A stretch of DNA of 64,000 bases from Lama guanicoe. Lineage: Eukaryota. The translations under genes were made by a program, and so were the position numbers. Where the stretch lies: assembly GCA_013239625.1 (NCBI GenBank), contig MU053881.1, forward strand, positions 2,232,001 to 2,296,000. Reading direction: 5' to 3'. Below are positions 23,915 through 37,199 of this stretch, piece after piece (within the stretch, counting starts at the first letter, position 1; each line of letters starts with the position of its first letter). Below the pieces are notes generated by a model. It saw only the letters and a program-made list of their open reading frames with translations. It searched no databases and was not told the origin of the DNA.

Positions 23915-26900
23915 CTAAGGTGGAGGCCACAAGGAAAGGGTTTGTAAGGCGTTTCGACAGAGCTGCGGTGAGAGAGTTCAAACAGAAATGATGAAAAAAC
24001 CCAGAAGGTGCCAGGCTTTCGAGTACGCTGAACGCAAAGAAAGGCTGGGTCACTAGCTAGCCACACTTGCAGGAGTGGCGCTGCCTGTGTGAATCACAGC
24101 CGTCTCTAATTGGGAAAACTGAGAGGATGTGGGGGAGCCCGAAGACCAGCTACTCTGTGTGGCAGCTTTAACTACTTTAGGCTCGTGGGTCCTGATCTTC
24201 TCCTGTTCTGAGGAGGCTCTGCACTTCTGCCATCAAGTTGCCAAATGGCAACAGATTAGAGATGCACATGCTTGCAGTCTTCCCATCCCTCAGAATCCCC
24301 CAGAACTTCACAGCAAATAGGACAAGAAGTTTGGGTGTCTATTCCCATCCTCAATGTATCCCCGTTACAGATCTTGAAGCCAATGCATAGATACAGAACC
24401 TGAGGGCCTGGAGGGTCATCTAGGAAAGGCACCATACTAGGGGGGCCTTTTAGGCTACACTGCCTTTTAGGCCAAGTAGGGGAGAGGAGGATAACACTGA
24501 CATTTAGTTATGAGCTTTGTACATATATTTCCTCTTTTGGTCCTCAGAACTCTGCCATGAGGTAGGTAGGTATCATTTTGCCACAATACAGATAAAAACT
24601 GAGGCTCTGATGGGTGAAATGACTTACCCAGGATCACCCGGCTAATGAGTGAATCCAGGTCTGTGTGATCCTAAATATCAAGCCCTCTTTGCTATGCCAG
24701 GCTGCCGGGGTGTGGCAGGGAGACCTGAAGGATACAGCTCATGCTTCAGAAAGCATCCCTGGCTCTGGCCCATGAATTCAGTTAATCAGAGCCGGGTATG
24801 GGCATATGTGTAAGCCTCCTGTGGGCCAGCAAATGTCCTGATGCTGACCGCAGGCTGCGCTGTGGCCTTGTAAAGTGGACGCCATGACTCACTAATGAGT
24901 CCACACAGCTGGAATGGTGTCAACCTAGAAACCACTGCTTTAAACATGTGGCCTAAACCCCCCCATTGGTGGAGGAGGGGTAGGGCTCGGCAGCTCTCAC
25001 AGACAGATGCTCTTTCATCCCTTTGCCACTTCAGTGGGGGAAGTTTTGAGGATTTTCAGCAAGCCAGAAGAAACCTGCCGGCTTTTCCCACAATGGCTTT
25101 CCAGTATAGGGAATCTCAATTTCCCTGGCCACTGATTTTCCCTGGTCATTGTTTCAGAATGTAATAAATTGAAAAGTAATGTACATGTTGTAGAATATTT
25201 AATAATATGAGAAAATATTCAGTACGTGGTACTGAGTGAAAAAAAACAAACGGGTGATGTACAGAAAAAAGGCCAAAACTATTGACTAAAAGGGTGCTTT
25301 TGTATTTTCCAAATTTTCTACAATGAATGTAGATTTCTGATATTAGAAGAGAGATAATAATGGTCATTAAAACATAAAGGTCATTTTTTAAAAGAAAAGA
25401 AGCATCAGTGATGAATGGTTAAGTAAAGTTGGAGGAACCACTTAATGGACATTTAATAAAAAGGAGAGCTATGGAGTCTTCTCTCAGGAAACAATCTGAA
25501 ACACTGAAAGAGTATTGTACAGGGATGTTTGCTGTAGTGTTACTTATAAATATAAATGGGGGGGGAAATGTAAATGTTCACCATTCAGAGGAACTGTTAA
25601 ATAAATGTGGTGTGATGGGATATTACAGTCATTAAAAATGCTTATGAAAACGTTTTTAATAATGTGAAGAAATATAAATGTTATATTAAATGAAAGGAGT
25701 ATAAAAAATTATACACGATATGACCGTATCATTATTAAAAGATATATGTGCAATCTATATGTGTACTTATATTTTTAAAAAAATTGTGCTGGTATTTTGA
25801 AATGTTACCAACATATTAATAGTGTTTCTCTCTTGGTGGTAGGATTTCAGTGATATTTCACTTTCCTCTGTACCTTTTGCATTGTTTGAACTGATCAAAC
25901 AATAATGAGTATGCACTGTTTTTATAAAAACAATAAGGTTAAAGGATTCTATGCTCATATATGTAATCTAGGTATACATAAAACAAACATACACACAGAT
26001 ATACACACGTACATATAACAAAAGATTACAGGAGGAAGAGTACTCCAAATGCTAACAGTGGTTATCTTTGATAAAATTATGGGTATTTTTCTTTCCATTT
26101 ATCTATATTTTCCATATTTTCTACAACATGCTTGTATTACTTTTACATTAGAAAAATGTTTAATCTCAGAAATACAGTTATAAACTTATATAATAACATG
26201 GAAATGTGCCTAAACTACTAACTTAAAAGTAAAAGCAGGATATGAATGTTACATGCACTATAATTACAACTATCAAAAAACATATCCTTTATGTGGCAAG
26301 GGCTGAAAGTAAAGATGAAAAATAAACTTTTGAATATGGAATCATCGGTCCAGGCATATTCCAGGGGATCTTCCCATTTATGGAAAGATAAGTGACTTTA
26401 TAAAGTTCTGTTCTTAAGCTAGTTTCCCTCAGCCTAGCGTTTAATCTTTTGAGTACTATAAATGGTACGAACAGTGACTTTAAACAAAAACAATTAGAGC
26501 TAGTATAACTTAGTGACGAACAAGCCATAAGCAAGGCCAGTGACGTGCTCCAGGCGGTGGATGCCTGATCAGCCACTGCACTTCATGTGGGGTTCCATCC
26601 CTGGCTGTCGTGATGACGGTGACAATATTGACAACAGGAACTGTCATTTACTGAGCATCTATTATGTCCTAGGCTCTTTACACACATTATTTTATCCTCA
26701 CAACCTATGAAGTAGACAGTATTACCAACATTTTACAGGTGAGAAAACTCAGGCATGAAGAAGTCATACAGATGGTACATAGCAGGGCCAGAATTTAAAC
26801 TTTGGCATCTGTGGCTTCAAAGTCCATATTCTGTTGTTTTATATAGCAGGAATGCTAGATTTGGGTGTGATAAGAGGGTGTAATTATGAGTGGCTTTTTA

Positions 26901-27731
26901 CCCTATTTTCAAAGCTTTCCAAAACATCCTTGTCTTGTTTTTATAACACAACAATATAAAAAAGGACAAGTACTATGGATAGTATAGTCTTTTTGGTTCA
27001 AAATAGAGAAGCAAAAATTACCACGAAGAAAATGAAATAAAGATCAAAGAACTTTCAGTCTTGGCTAACTGTAGTTAGCAGAGGTCAAAAATCCAGAGAG
27101 TCAGGAGTTAATGAGACGAAAGTGAAGGCTGAGCCCAGTGGTGACAAGATAAAGGGGGCTATTTCAGAAGTCACTGCACTGGGAGTGAATTCGTGACAGC
27201 TGCAGACAAAGCTCGCTGGGCAGCAGGGGCAGCACTGAAGTCCTCAGCTTTGAAAGGCAAGTCCCTGTCTTGAGAACAGGCAGCTCTGAGGATTAAAGTA
27301 AGCAGGGCATAACCTAAAGCACACGAAAAAGACAAGGATTCAGCTTTTAACTTGGAATACTAATAAGGGCAGGTGGATGCTGGGAGGGAAAAACTAAGTG
27401 AGAGAGGTAGCAGGTAGCAAGCTCTCACGGTGTGAGTCCTGGAGGACTTTGGCGCTCCTGACTCATAATTATTTGTCAGGACAAAAGTCCAGGGCTAAGA
27501 CGCTTCTATAGAGAAAAACTGATGTAACCAAAGAAAGGGCGGCTAAATGACTACCACTCTGAGGCTGCATTTTCATGAAGCTGGGTCTACTTTTGATATT
27601 TTTAAGGGCTCTCAAAAGCAGTTCAACCTCTCCAAGTCTGTGGCCCCAGCGAGCATTTCTGGGAGCACCTGGCATTGGTGCCTTGAGGCCGGGAGGGGTC
27701 CCGATATAGCACCACTCAGGAAAACCAGTAC

Positions 27732-27876
27732 CTTCCACCTTAGTGGATTGCTGCTTCAGCTTTAAGTTCTTTGCGTGGGTCTTCCCCAGGTAGTGCGACT
27801 GGGCCACGACAGGGGAGGAAAAGGTCATGTTACAGATGGGGCAGCACTGGTTCTTGTCTTTGCTTCTGCTGCTCTT
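27732..27876 (-). CDS. ZNF346: ZNF346 exon 4 (zinc finger 2)
   Basis: aaccag|...|gtactg; [48 protein letters not shown]; 145 nt. Confidence 0.95.
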
Positions 27877-28569
27877 CTGGTTAGGAGAAAGAACACAGGT
27901 CTGATCACGCCACTGCCCAGCCGGAAAATCTTCAATGGTTCCCCACGGCCCAAAGGAGAATGGGCACTAAAGGCCCCCTTCACACGCTAACCCCAACCTA
28001 CCTTTCCGGATTCTTCGCCAGCTAGTTCAGCCAACACTCTACTCACCATTCCCCATTTTGTTCTCTGTTGCTTCCTTGTTTTACGTGGGCAGTTCCTGCT
28101 GCCTAGAACGATTTCCTTTCCTTCCTGCCTGGCGTATGTCTGCTTAGCCTTCAAGGCTCATTTTAAATATCTCTTCTGAGAGAACTCTACCCAAGAAAAC
28201 TACTCAGTGAACAATTATCAAGCCGCTTTGTGTGATTATTCCAGGAAGATTCAATCTTGCTCCTCCTTTGTATTCCTGGAGTGCATTAAATAGACCCCTA
28301 TCTTACCTCTTGTCACCCTAAACTGACAGTGGCATTGAACTCAAGTGCAATGCTTGGGCGTGGACTGCTGGACTCACCTGTTTCCTATCCTTAGCGCCCT
28401 GCTGGAGTCGGGCACACAGCAGGTGCTCAGTGTGTGCTGAACAAGCAGGTCACTGGGTTTTATTTGATGATTATGATTAGGCTAGAAAACAATGTATTTC
28501 AAGCCTATATTAAGGCTCCCAGCCTCTCTCCCAGGTCTGATCTCTGAATAAAGTATTCATTCTAAGATA

Positions 28570-28632
28570 GCATTTTTCAGCCTTGGCACTATTGACATTT
28601 CGGGCTGGGTACTTCTTTGTTGGAGGGGGAAG
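28570..28632 (+). mobile_element. MER20 (hAT-Charlie) fragment
   Basis: TTTTCAGCCTTGGCACTATTGACATTTCGGGCTGG matches the recalled MER20 end. Confidence 0.65.
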
Positions 28633-29627
28633 GGCCTATGCTCTCATCTGAACTACTGGGCTACCCCAAGAGTTGAAGGAACAGAGATATAGAGGGGAAG
28701 TGACTTGCCCAGGGTCACAGAGTTGACCCTGTCTCTCTGAATTTCACATCATAAGAAAGGCAACGAGGGGATGAGCCTAGTGAATGTCAAAAAGGGATGA
28801 GCAAAGGCCTTCCAGACCTGGTGTCACTGTAATAGGGAGGCACAGTTTGTAGAGTAAACTTTTACTCACTGAGCATCCACTAAAAATTGGCATTTTACCT
28901 CACAATACCCTTAAGACGTAGGAACTACTATGTCCATTTTAGTGAAGTACAGAGAGGTTAAGTGACTTGTCCGAAGGCACCCAGCCAGTAAGTTGCACAG
29001 CTAGCACTGGGACCCAGTCTGCTGGCTTTTCATCCCATGATGTCTGCACAGCCTGCTATGTAACAAAAATAATGGTACACTTGAGGGGCTGGGGTTGTTT
29101 TGGCCTAATTCTCACAGAACTTCTAAAGCAAAAAGCAAATGCATTTACATCTTGATCAGAGCAGATATTTGGAAAAGTTCCTTCCACTTGTTTATTTCAA
29201 CATTCAAGTGCTTCAGCTCTTTCGCCTGGGTCTCAAGAAAGCAAGCAGCCTGGCTTTTCCTCCACTTTCTCTTCCGGAGTAGGGAATGGACAGCTGTCCC
29301 ACTCTGTCAAACCACTGGGTGTAACGCAGAGCAATGGCTCCATTCACTGAGCCCCTCCTATGTGCCAGGTCCTGTGTTGACTGCTTTTTATAAACATTCC
29401 CTCATTTCAGTTTGGAAAAATCCTAAAAGGTAGTTGATACTAGCATCCTCATTTTATAGAGGAAGAAATCAAGGCTCGGAGAGGTAAGAAGACTTGCCCA
29501 AGTCACACGATGGGCTGGGATTTGAAGCCAAGTCAGTCTGACTCAAAGCCCATGCTCTTTCCACCACACCAACCTGCCTGCTGGCTTCATCAGGAAGTGA
29601 GCGATCTCAACATGGCAGCTGGATTAC

Positions 29628-29720
29628 CTGATCTGAGTCTAGCTTCTTCGTTTCCCCCTTTAATGTCTCCATTCCATGGATTGCTAGATATCTCTTCACT
29701 TTGTTGGCATGTTTTTTGCT
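29628..29720 (-). CDS. ZNF346: ZNF346 exon 3
   Basis: ttacag|...|gtaatc; [31 protein letters not shown]; 93 nt. Confidence 0.95.
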
Positions 29721-30280
29721 CTGTAAGAACCCAGGAAAAAGATCAAATATAGCCAAATGCCATTTCATAGCTAAGGCACTCAAAAACACTACATTTTCAT
29801 CTGATTCATCCTCACAAAAACATCAGAGGAGGAGAGGGTTGGGGGAGAAACCTAGTTTACTTTGTTCCTACTCTGTACAAGGCACTTAAATGCTGTCAAA
29901 TCTAATTTCACAACAATTTATGAAAAAAATTATCATCATCTCTATTTTACAGAAAAGGAAACTGAGGCTGAATACAGTGAGGTTTCCTGCCCAAGATGAG
30001 TAGCAGAGTTCTGATTCGAACACAGGTCTATTTAAAGCCAAAGCATATACTTTCTGTTACACCAAACAGCAAGGGAACGTGTAAGTATCATGACCCTGAT
30101 TTGGGTGGGAGAGATGAGACTCCGAAAAATTAAGCCAATCTTCAAGTCACAGCCAACATGCATGGAGGCAACTTCTGGACAGCTAGGAAGTAATTTCATT
30201 TCACCATGCAAGCCAGGGAGAAGTGTGGGCTTGGCACTGGGTCTGGAAAACAAAGCCATTCTAAAGGTGCGAGGGCATAC

Positions 30281-30384
30281 CTGGTAGTGGGCCAGCTTCT
30301 GGGACTCAGAAATGAGCAAGGCGCAGCAAACCTTACACTGGGTGTTGGTGAAGAGACACTGGTTCTTCTGGATCATGTGCTCCA
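30281..30384 (-). CDS. ZNF346: ZNF346 exon 2 (most of zinc finger 1)
   Basis: ctgtag|...|gtatgc; [35 protein letters not shown]; 104 nt. Confidence 0.95.
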
Positions 30385-30742
30385 CTACAGAGAGGAAAAT
30401 GGAAAACCTCTGGGTTAAAAACCTTCCTCAGCAGCACCGTCTTTGAACCCTGCCTCAAACGCAGGCACCGAGGAAGGGAGTGCCGTGCCGTTCGATCAGC
30501 GAACCTCAGTCACCCCTCCCCTGACGCTTTCACGACTCGTGCTAGAGTCCAATGCCACCTAACCTATTACTTACTTTATAATTTTATGTAAGCCAACTTT
30601 CTTGACTAAGTGAATTCTTTTAAAAAGGAATCTTTAAACTATAAAAAGTAAATGCCAATAAAAATAAATACAATAAAAATGAAACAACTGTAGCCTGATA
30701 CTGGTGTGAGAAGCTTGCAGCTCTCCCTGGAAAGAACAAGAG

Positions 30743-30870
30743 AGTGGCTGCTTAGCATGCACGAGGTCCTGGGTTCAATCCCCAGGACCTTCTCCAAAAA
30801 CAAGTCAACAAGTAAACCTAACCACCCACCCCCCCAAAAAATAAAAACAAACAAACAAACAAAAAACCAA
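30743..30870 (+). mobile_element. 5'-truncated Vic-1-like SINE
   Basis: GCTTAGCATGCACGAGGTCCTGGGTTCAATCCCCAG plus A-rich tail. Confidence 0.85.
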
Positions 30871-31799
30871 CAGAGGGGCAACTGTGAGGAGAGGTGTTAA
30901 GACATGGCAGCAGCCGACCGATGTCTCCCCAGGCAGAATCAGAAGGATTGAAAGCACTGAAAAGGGAATAATTTGCTCACGGCTCTTGATCTGATTTCAA
31001 AACATCCAAAATTATCTAACGGGCCACAGAAGCTCCGCACTGCAGGAAACCGTGGCATTGTCCTGGGCTTAATCGTTGGGCCTAGAAAACAAAGCCTTGT
31101 TTTTTGAGGAGGGAGTGAAATCTCGCTCAAGGCGTGAGTTCTATCACGACATCGGTCATCTACGCAGGGGCAGAGCCCAGAGGACCGGGAGCGGACAGCA
31201 AGCTCGTGTTTTTTATCTTCTACTCTGGACCAAAAAGTGGTCAAGACTCCCTGGAGGAAGGTTCTCGGTGGGAACTTTTAAGGTGCCTCTCCCTACACCA
31301 CAAGATCTAAAGCTCGTTCACGCCAGCCCTTTTGGGAAGAAGGGCTATTGTCTGGCTATATTTCTGCCCCTTAGGGTCTCTTGTTTATTTTCTCATTTTT
31401 CTCCTACAGTGTTTGGTAGATTTTTGTGGCAGACTTTGGCTAACCCAGCTGTGCTCAGAGAAACCAAGGGAAGTGAGTCTGTGAACACGTGTGGGCCAGA
31501 ACTTTTTAAAGGGAAGGTAAGAGGCTCCTCAGAATGCAAAGCCCACGAGGGGAAGTGTTAACCCAGGAGTCAGATTCCAGCCTTCCTCTCTTTGCCTAGA
31601 GATGCTAGAATTTTGTTTTATTGTGTTCCCTTTGAAGGATATTCAGAATCTGACTCCCAAAGTCTAAACAGGGCAAGGATCACGTCATTTTTGACCTTGT
31701 GTCTCCAGCATCTAACAAAATGCCTGACCCACAGGAGGGGCTTGGTAAATACCTGCTGAATGAATGAAATGTACTTCTTTGGCCTCAAAAAATACACTC

Positions 31800-33940
31800 A
31801 CACAGTCCACAAACATGGATTCAGAACGCCTTCTAGGTGCCACTCTGGGCTTAGTGCTGGGGCCATGTCAACAAATAAGACAGAGTACAAAGTAAACAAA
31901 TGAGCAAGACAGTGACAGAGCGTGAGGAAAGCTATGAAAACCAAGTAAGTGGAGACAGCGATGGGGGCAGGATAGACAGTGAAGACCATGCTAGGGAGAT
32001 GTCAGCCACCAGGTCTGGGAGAAACACCGCTCCAGTGCTGACAGCGTCTCCAGCCTGAGACGGCGTCAAGTCTCTGAGGCAGGGACGAGTTTGGCATAAG
32101 CAAGGAATGAGGGGAAGGACAGCTGGGAACAGAGTATGATGAAGAGAGAAGAGTGGCAGAAAATAAAGTTGGAGAGACAGCTTGAGGCCTACCAGATCGT
32201 GCTAAACGACTGTAAGGTCTCCTAAGCCATGGTATGAACTGTGTATTTTCTTCTCAGCACAATGAGAGGTGGCCAGATAGGTCTTATATGTTTTGAAAAA
32301 ATTAGCCTGGTGGTTGTGTCAGCAGACTATGGGAACAGGAATGGAAGCAGAGAGAGCAGGGAGGAGGCGGCTGCAGTCCTCCAGGCAACAAATGATGGAA
32401 ATCTGGACTAGGCAGGTTGGCAATGGAGATGAGAAAAGTGGATGACAGGACAGATAGTCATGGAGCCTGGCTTGTTAATATTCATGGGGATGATGGGGCC
32501 TGAAGCAGCAAGGCCAGGAGGCTCCATTTAACTGTCAGACGCAATTATCACAGGGTTGGCAAGGTCAAAGGGGCAGTCAAGGGGCTTCAAGTGCAGGAAG
32601 TTGTGGAGAGAGTCGATAGACCATAGCATCCCAAGGCGTCCCTAAGAAATGTGTATAAAACTCCTAACCTCCTCAGGACCATCTGCAAACAGCTTCTGAA
32701 AGTCAGGTGCACCTTGCCAGACTCTAGGTCTACAGGTTCTGATCGTTGCCAACATGGCCTAAGATATCTCTTCACCTGAATTTTCCTTTAAATGGAATCC
32801 AAATTATTCCTTGATAATAGTTTTCAGTCTAATTTCAGCCTTCAAATGAGAGTCAGAAATGTTCTTATGAACAATCACAAGATCCCACACTGTGCCTTAC
32901 AATAGGAAGTATTTTCTGTAGGAGATGCCAGGGAGATGCAGTCTTCAAGAGTTGTCGAGAGAGAAGCTAGAGAAAGAAAATTGTTTAAAACCTGAAAAAG
33001 TTTATATGAGGTAGACTTTTTGTGCGTGTGTGTGACATCATGTATAATCTCTTCTGGGAAGCACACAGAAATTTCTGATGAAATATGTTTACAACATTTT
33101 GATAGTGACTGGTAAGATTAAGAGCCCTTCGTGGGAAGGCAGACTTAATCACTCAGCTGATCACCAGAATTATGATAAGTAAAATCACTTTTAATCAGAC
33201 AGTTCTGTTTTATATGTACTCTAAAGGTATAATTTTCCTAATTTGCCTTCTTTATTAAGAGATATCTAATAGGAAAAAAAATCTGAACTTCTTTGAATAC
33301 CTCTCTCTTGCTGGCAGTTTTGAAACTAAATTTCCACATGTGATCACAGTTTAGCAGAGAAATAACTTTAACAAAAGGAGATATCAGAAGCTCAAATTAT
33401 CATTGGGACTAACTTCATGAATCATTCAGAATTTCCATTGGTTTTGAGGCTATTAAAATGAATAAATATGCCATATTTTTCTGCCCCCCCCCAAAGTGGA
33501 TGGATTAGGAATTATGTTCTGGAAGTTGATCTGACATCCAATTTCTTCAACTGGTTGTAGTGGGTGAAGGAGAGGAGTCAAGGACAACGCCTACGTTTTG
33601 AACTTGAGCACTGAACAGATGAGAACTGGAAGACAGCCTTGGAGGAGAAATGAAAGACTTTTCCTTTGGCCATATTAAACATGAGTGGTCTGTCACACAT
33701 ACGGACAGAGATATCAAGCAGTCAGTTGGAGATTCAGCCTGGAGCTTGAGGGAAAGGTCAGAGCTGGAGATACAAATTGAGAATCATCAGTGTATCAATC
33801 ATATTTAAAGCTGTGGACTGGAAGAGAATGCCTAATGTAGATGCAAAAGGAAAGAGTTCCTGGGACTGAGTCTTGGACCTTCCAAATTTAGAAGTCAGGC
33901 AGAGAAAGTGAAGTTGAATATAAAATGAACATAGGGTGGG
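31800..33940 (-). mobile_element. L2 remnant, interrupted at 32445-33492
   Basis: L2-like motifs on both sides of the insertion (GGCAATGGAGATGAGAAAAGTGGATG ... GAGGAGTCAAGGACAACGCC ... GAGCTGGAGATACAAATTGAGAATCATCAG); boundaries approximate. Confidence 0.6.
32445..33492 (+). pseudogene. Probable processed (retroposed) sequence of unknown parent
   Basis: About 1.05-kb insert bracketed by TSD AAAGTGGATG (32435-32444, 33493-33502); ATTAAA/AATAAA at 33452-33466 near its 3' end; no intact ORF. Confidence 0.55.
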
Positions 33941-35459
33941 ACCTCCAGCTATAGCAGAGTGAGGAGACCCTCTTTCCCCATAGCAACTGTAAGACTGGAA
34001 TAAACTGGCAAAAAAGACCACGTGAGTACTCTGGAAATTGACCAAAGGCACTTAAAAAGCTGGGAAGCATTTATGCTTGTAGACCTGCAGAAATTTGGCT
34101 AAGAACAGCAGGAATCTGGGACTGCTCTCGTCCCTTCCCACACTCAGTCAGCACAGAGGTTCTATCAGGAAGAGATAGGATATGAGAACCAACAACTTCC
34201 CCGTCGAAGTGGTGGGCAACACTCCGATCTAGTTATAATGTTGGTGGAAGTGATGGTCTCAGAGGCAGGTGAGCAGGCCAGGCCAGAGGATCTATTATAG
34301 CCCGAGGCTGTGGTCATGTTTGCAGCTGAAACCGTGTGGCCATGGGGACCTAAGAGGCCCCAAGTTAGCCACATGCTCCTGGCTAACTCTGAGGCTGCAC
34401 GCATGCACAGAGGAGATGCAAAAAGCGCCTGACAGTAAAAGCCAGGGATGATTTTTTTAAAAGGCCTGAACTTTGAATGTGTTTTCCTACCAAACCACAG
34501 ATCCAACAGCAGAGGACTGAACCTCACTGGCTCCAGGTATTTACTGACTCACTGGCTAACCACTAAGCAACATAGAGCCACACAGGAGACAGAAATTATA
34601 AACATCCACCAAATTGGGAATATTTGCTCTTAAAGTCTGCAGTCACCATGTAAGCAGTTTTCTCCCAAGCTGTGAGGAAGTCCTAATTATTCCACGCATG
34701 AAATCACATGGAGAGACCCTGAGACCACATGGAAAAAGAGATGCCTGGCCAGCCTCCAGAAGTCCCATCTCACTGCTATTCCAGCTCCAGCCACCATCTG
34801 ATTGCAAGTGCATAAGAAACCTCGAGTCAGAACTGTCCGGCCAACCCTTTCCTAAATTCTGGACTCACAAAATCTGAGAGGTTCATGAGGCTGGAGTAAG
34901 CGAAGGTCCACAGAGGGAAAAAGAACTTCCATGAATTATCAGAATTCCGGGAAGGTAGCCTGAATGTGCATTCCTGTTGCCCAGATATGTACATGCAACT
35001 CTAATCCAACTACCAGTTACCTGAGGGGACAGGTTTGATTGGGGAAATTAGGCACTTAGAAAATTATTGGAAAGGTTGAAGGTACCAGGTTGGGCCTTCC
35101 AGAAATGTCTCTAGGAAAAATGTATAACTGTTCCAATAGGTGAGCTCCAGTCTCTGAGGCCTCCATCACAGCCTTGCTGAAAGAAGAAGCTTCCATTGTC
35201 CCTGAAACTGCCTCTTAACCTGTGAAGCTGGAGGATGGACGCTGCAGCACTGATGTAGGAAGATCTCATAGTTCCATGACTTTTCTTGATAGCAACAATA
35301 GCCAATAGCCATAGGAATATGGTCCTCACTGCATTTCTGCCTTCCAAATCTTATAAAGCATCTGACTGGCAGGATTCAGTTCATACCCATATTGTAGACC
35401 ATCAGAAGATATCTGGGGTAGAAGCTGAGAGATCTAGAGCATGAACTACAGGGCTGATT

Positions 35460-35960
35460 TTCACAGGGTGAAAGAAGTAGTGACAGTAAATCTAGACGTA
35501 GATAACTAAATTAAATGTGAATAGTCTAAACAGCCCACTCAAGAGGCAAAGATTATCAGAGGATAAAAAAGCAAGAGCCATACAATGGAATTCTTTTAAG
35601 TAATAAAAAGGAATGAAGGATTAATACACGCCAAAATTTGGCTGAACCTCAAAAACATGCTGAGGAAAGCCAAATGAAAAGACTACATATGATATGACTT
35701 CATTTATACAAAAGGTCCAGAAGAGGCAAATTTATAGAGACAGAACACAGATTAGCGGTTGCCTAGGGCGGGAGGTGAGAGTGGGGATTTCATGTAAAGG
35801 AGCACAAAGGAACTCACTGGAGTGATGGAAATGTTCTAAATTGCAATAGGGTTATGCGACTTCATACTTTTATTAAAAATCATTAAATTGTACAGTTACA
35901 TTGGGTGAGTTTTATGGTTTGTATATTATAACTCAATAAAAGTGCTAAGAGAAAACAAAA
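35460..35960 (+). mobile_element. Old L1 3' fragments
   Basis: AAATGTGAATAGTCTAAACAG ... AAAAGGAATGAAG ... GATTAGCGGTTGCCTAGGG ... CTCAATAAA. Confidence 0.7.
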
Positions 35961-37199
35961 AACCAAGGTGAGCAGAACTTCATGTTACAGGTGTCTACCC
36001 AGACCTCATATAAATTTTTGGACAGAGTGAGGAGAGTAGGGAAATAAACCGGGTTCTAAGTGACAGTGTGCATTCATACACACATAGACAGTTAGCTTTT
36101 CAAAGCACAGGTGCTGTGTTCTCTGCTTCAATGTCCAGGACATACTTTCCCTGTCCCCTGAGGACAAAGGTCACTTCCTCTTTGTGCACTCCCCAATTCT
36201 TAGACATTCCTCTTTATTGCACCCACTACATTATACTGCAATTTCTTTGGTGTCCGCTTCCTGGACTAGACTACAAGCCCCTCCAGTGAAAGGACTGTTT
36301 TTTCCTTATTTCTGTAGCTCTGACGCCCAGCCAGTCCTGGGAACAGAACAGTTGTCAGTTAATGTCAGATTAATGAAAGGAAAACTGCCAGGGGTGGGAG
36401 GTGGAGAAGAGGCAACTTTGTGCCAAACAAGTTTGAACGTATAAGGATGAAAGGGACAGGAGCCCCATATTAATTTAGGAGTCAGACTAGACGAGTTTTC
36501 AAGCTGGAGAAGTATATACCAGAGTACAGGTCCATGTACCACCCCAAATTTAAACAAATTTAATCTTCCTTGGGTGCGGTCAAAAATTCCATTTTATCCA
36601 AGGGCAATCAGTTCACAAGCAACATATTAACTTTCCAAGATTAGTCTGCTCAGCAAGCAACCAAACCTTTAGAGAAATCTGATTTCCCAGCAGACTGCAG
36701 GACAGGATTAGCACAGAAGCCCAGCGTGTAGACCTTAGTTAGAGGTAAGCAGCTAGCACTGCTAAGGACTGTGAAGGGGGTCACACAGCGGGGTCAGGGC
36801 AGCTCTTCCCATCCTCCTCTTTCTATCTCCACCTTACCCAGCGCCATGTCAAGTGCAGAGCATGCTGGGAAGCTTCAGCCCAGAAGTGCCCCGTGTATCC
36901 TGTTCTCCACAACTTTGGGTCAGGCGTAGGATACAAGAAAACTGGAGCCAAAGTATGCCCTGGCCAGGTTCTCAGGCTCCTGGTCCCCATCGTAGAAAAG
37001 GGACCCAGCTGGTGGAGACAAGAGACACCAAGAAACAGGGGTAAGCCAGGGCTCAGTTACCAAATCCAGGAGGAGCCCTGGGGTAAGGAGAAAGCCTCCT
37101 AGAGCCCTCGGAAGTGTGGGGCGTGAGAGAAAGGAGGCAAGAGACACTAGGGGTCGGGGAAACCTGGACACTAGGACGAGGGAGAGTCAGGGAGAAATG

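Noticed and set aside
27469..27731. Open frame continuing from exon 4 into intron 4
   Set aside because: Read-through of the donor by chance; nothing supports an alternative terminal exon.
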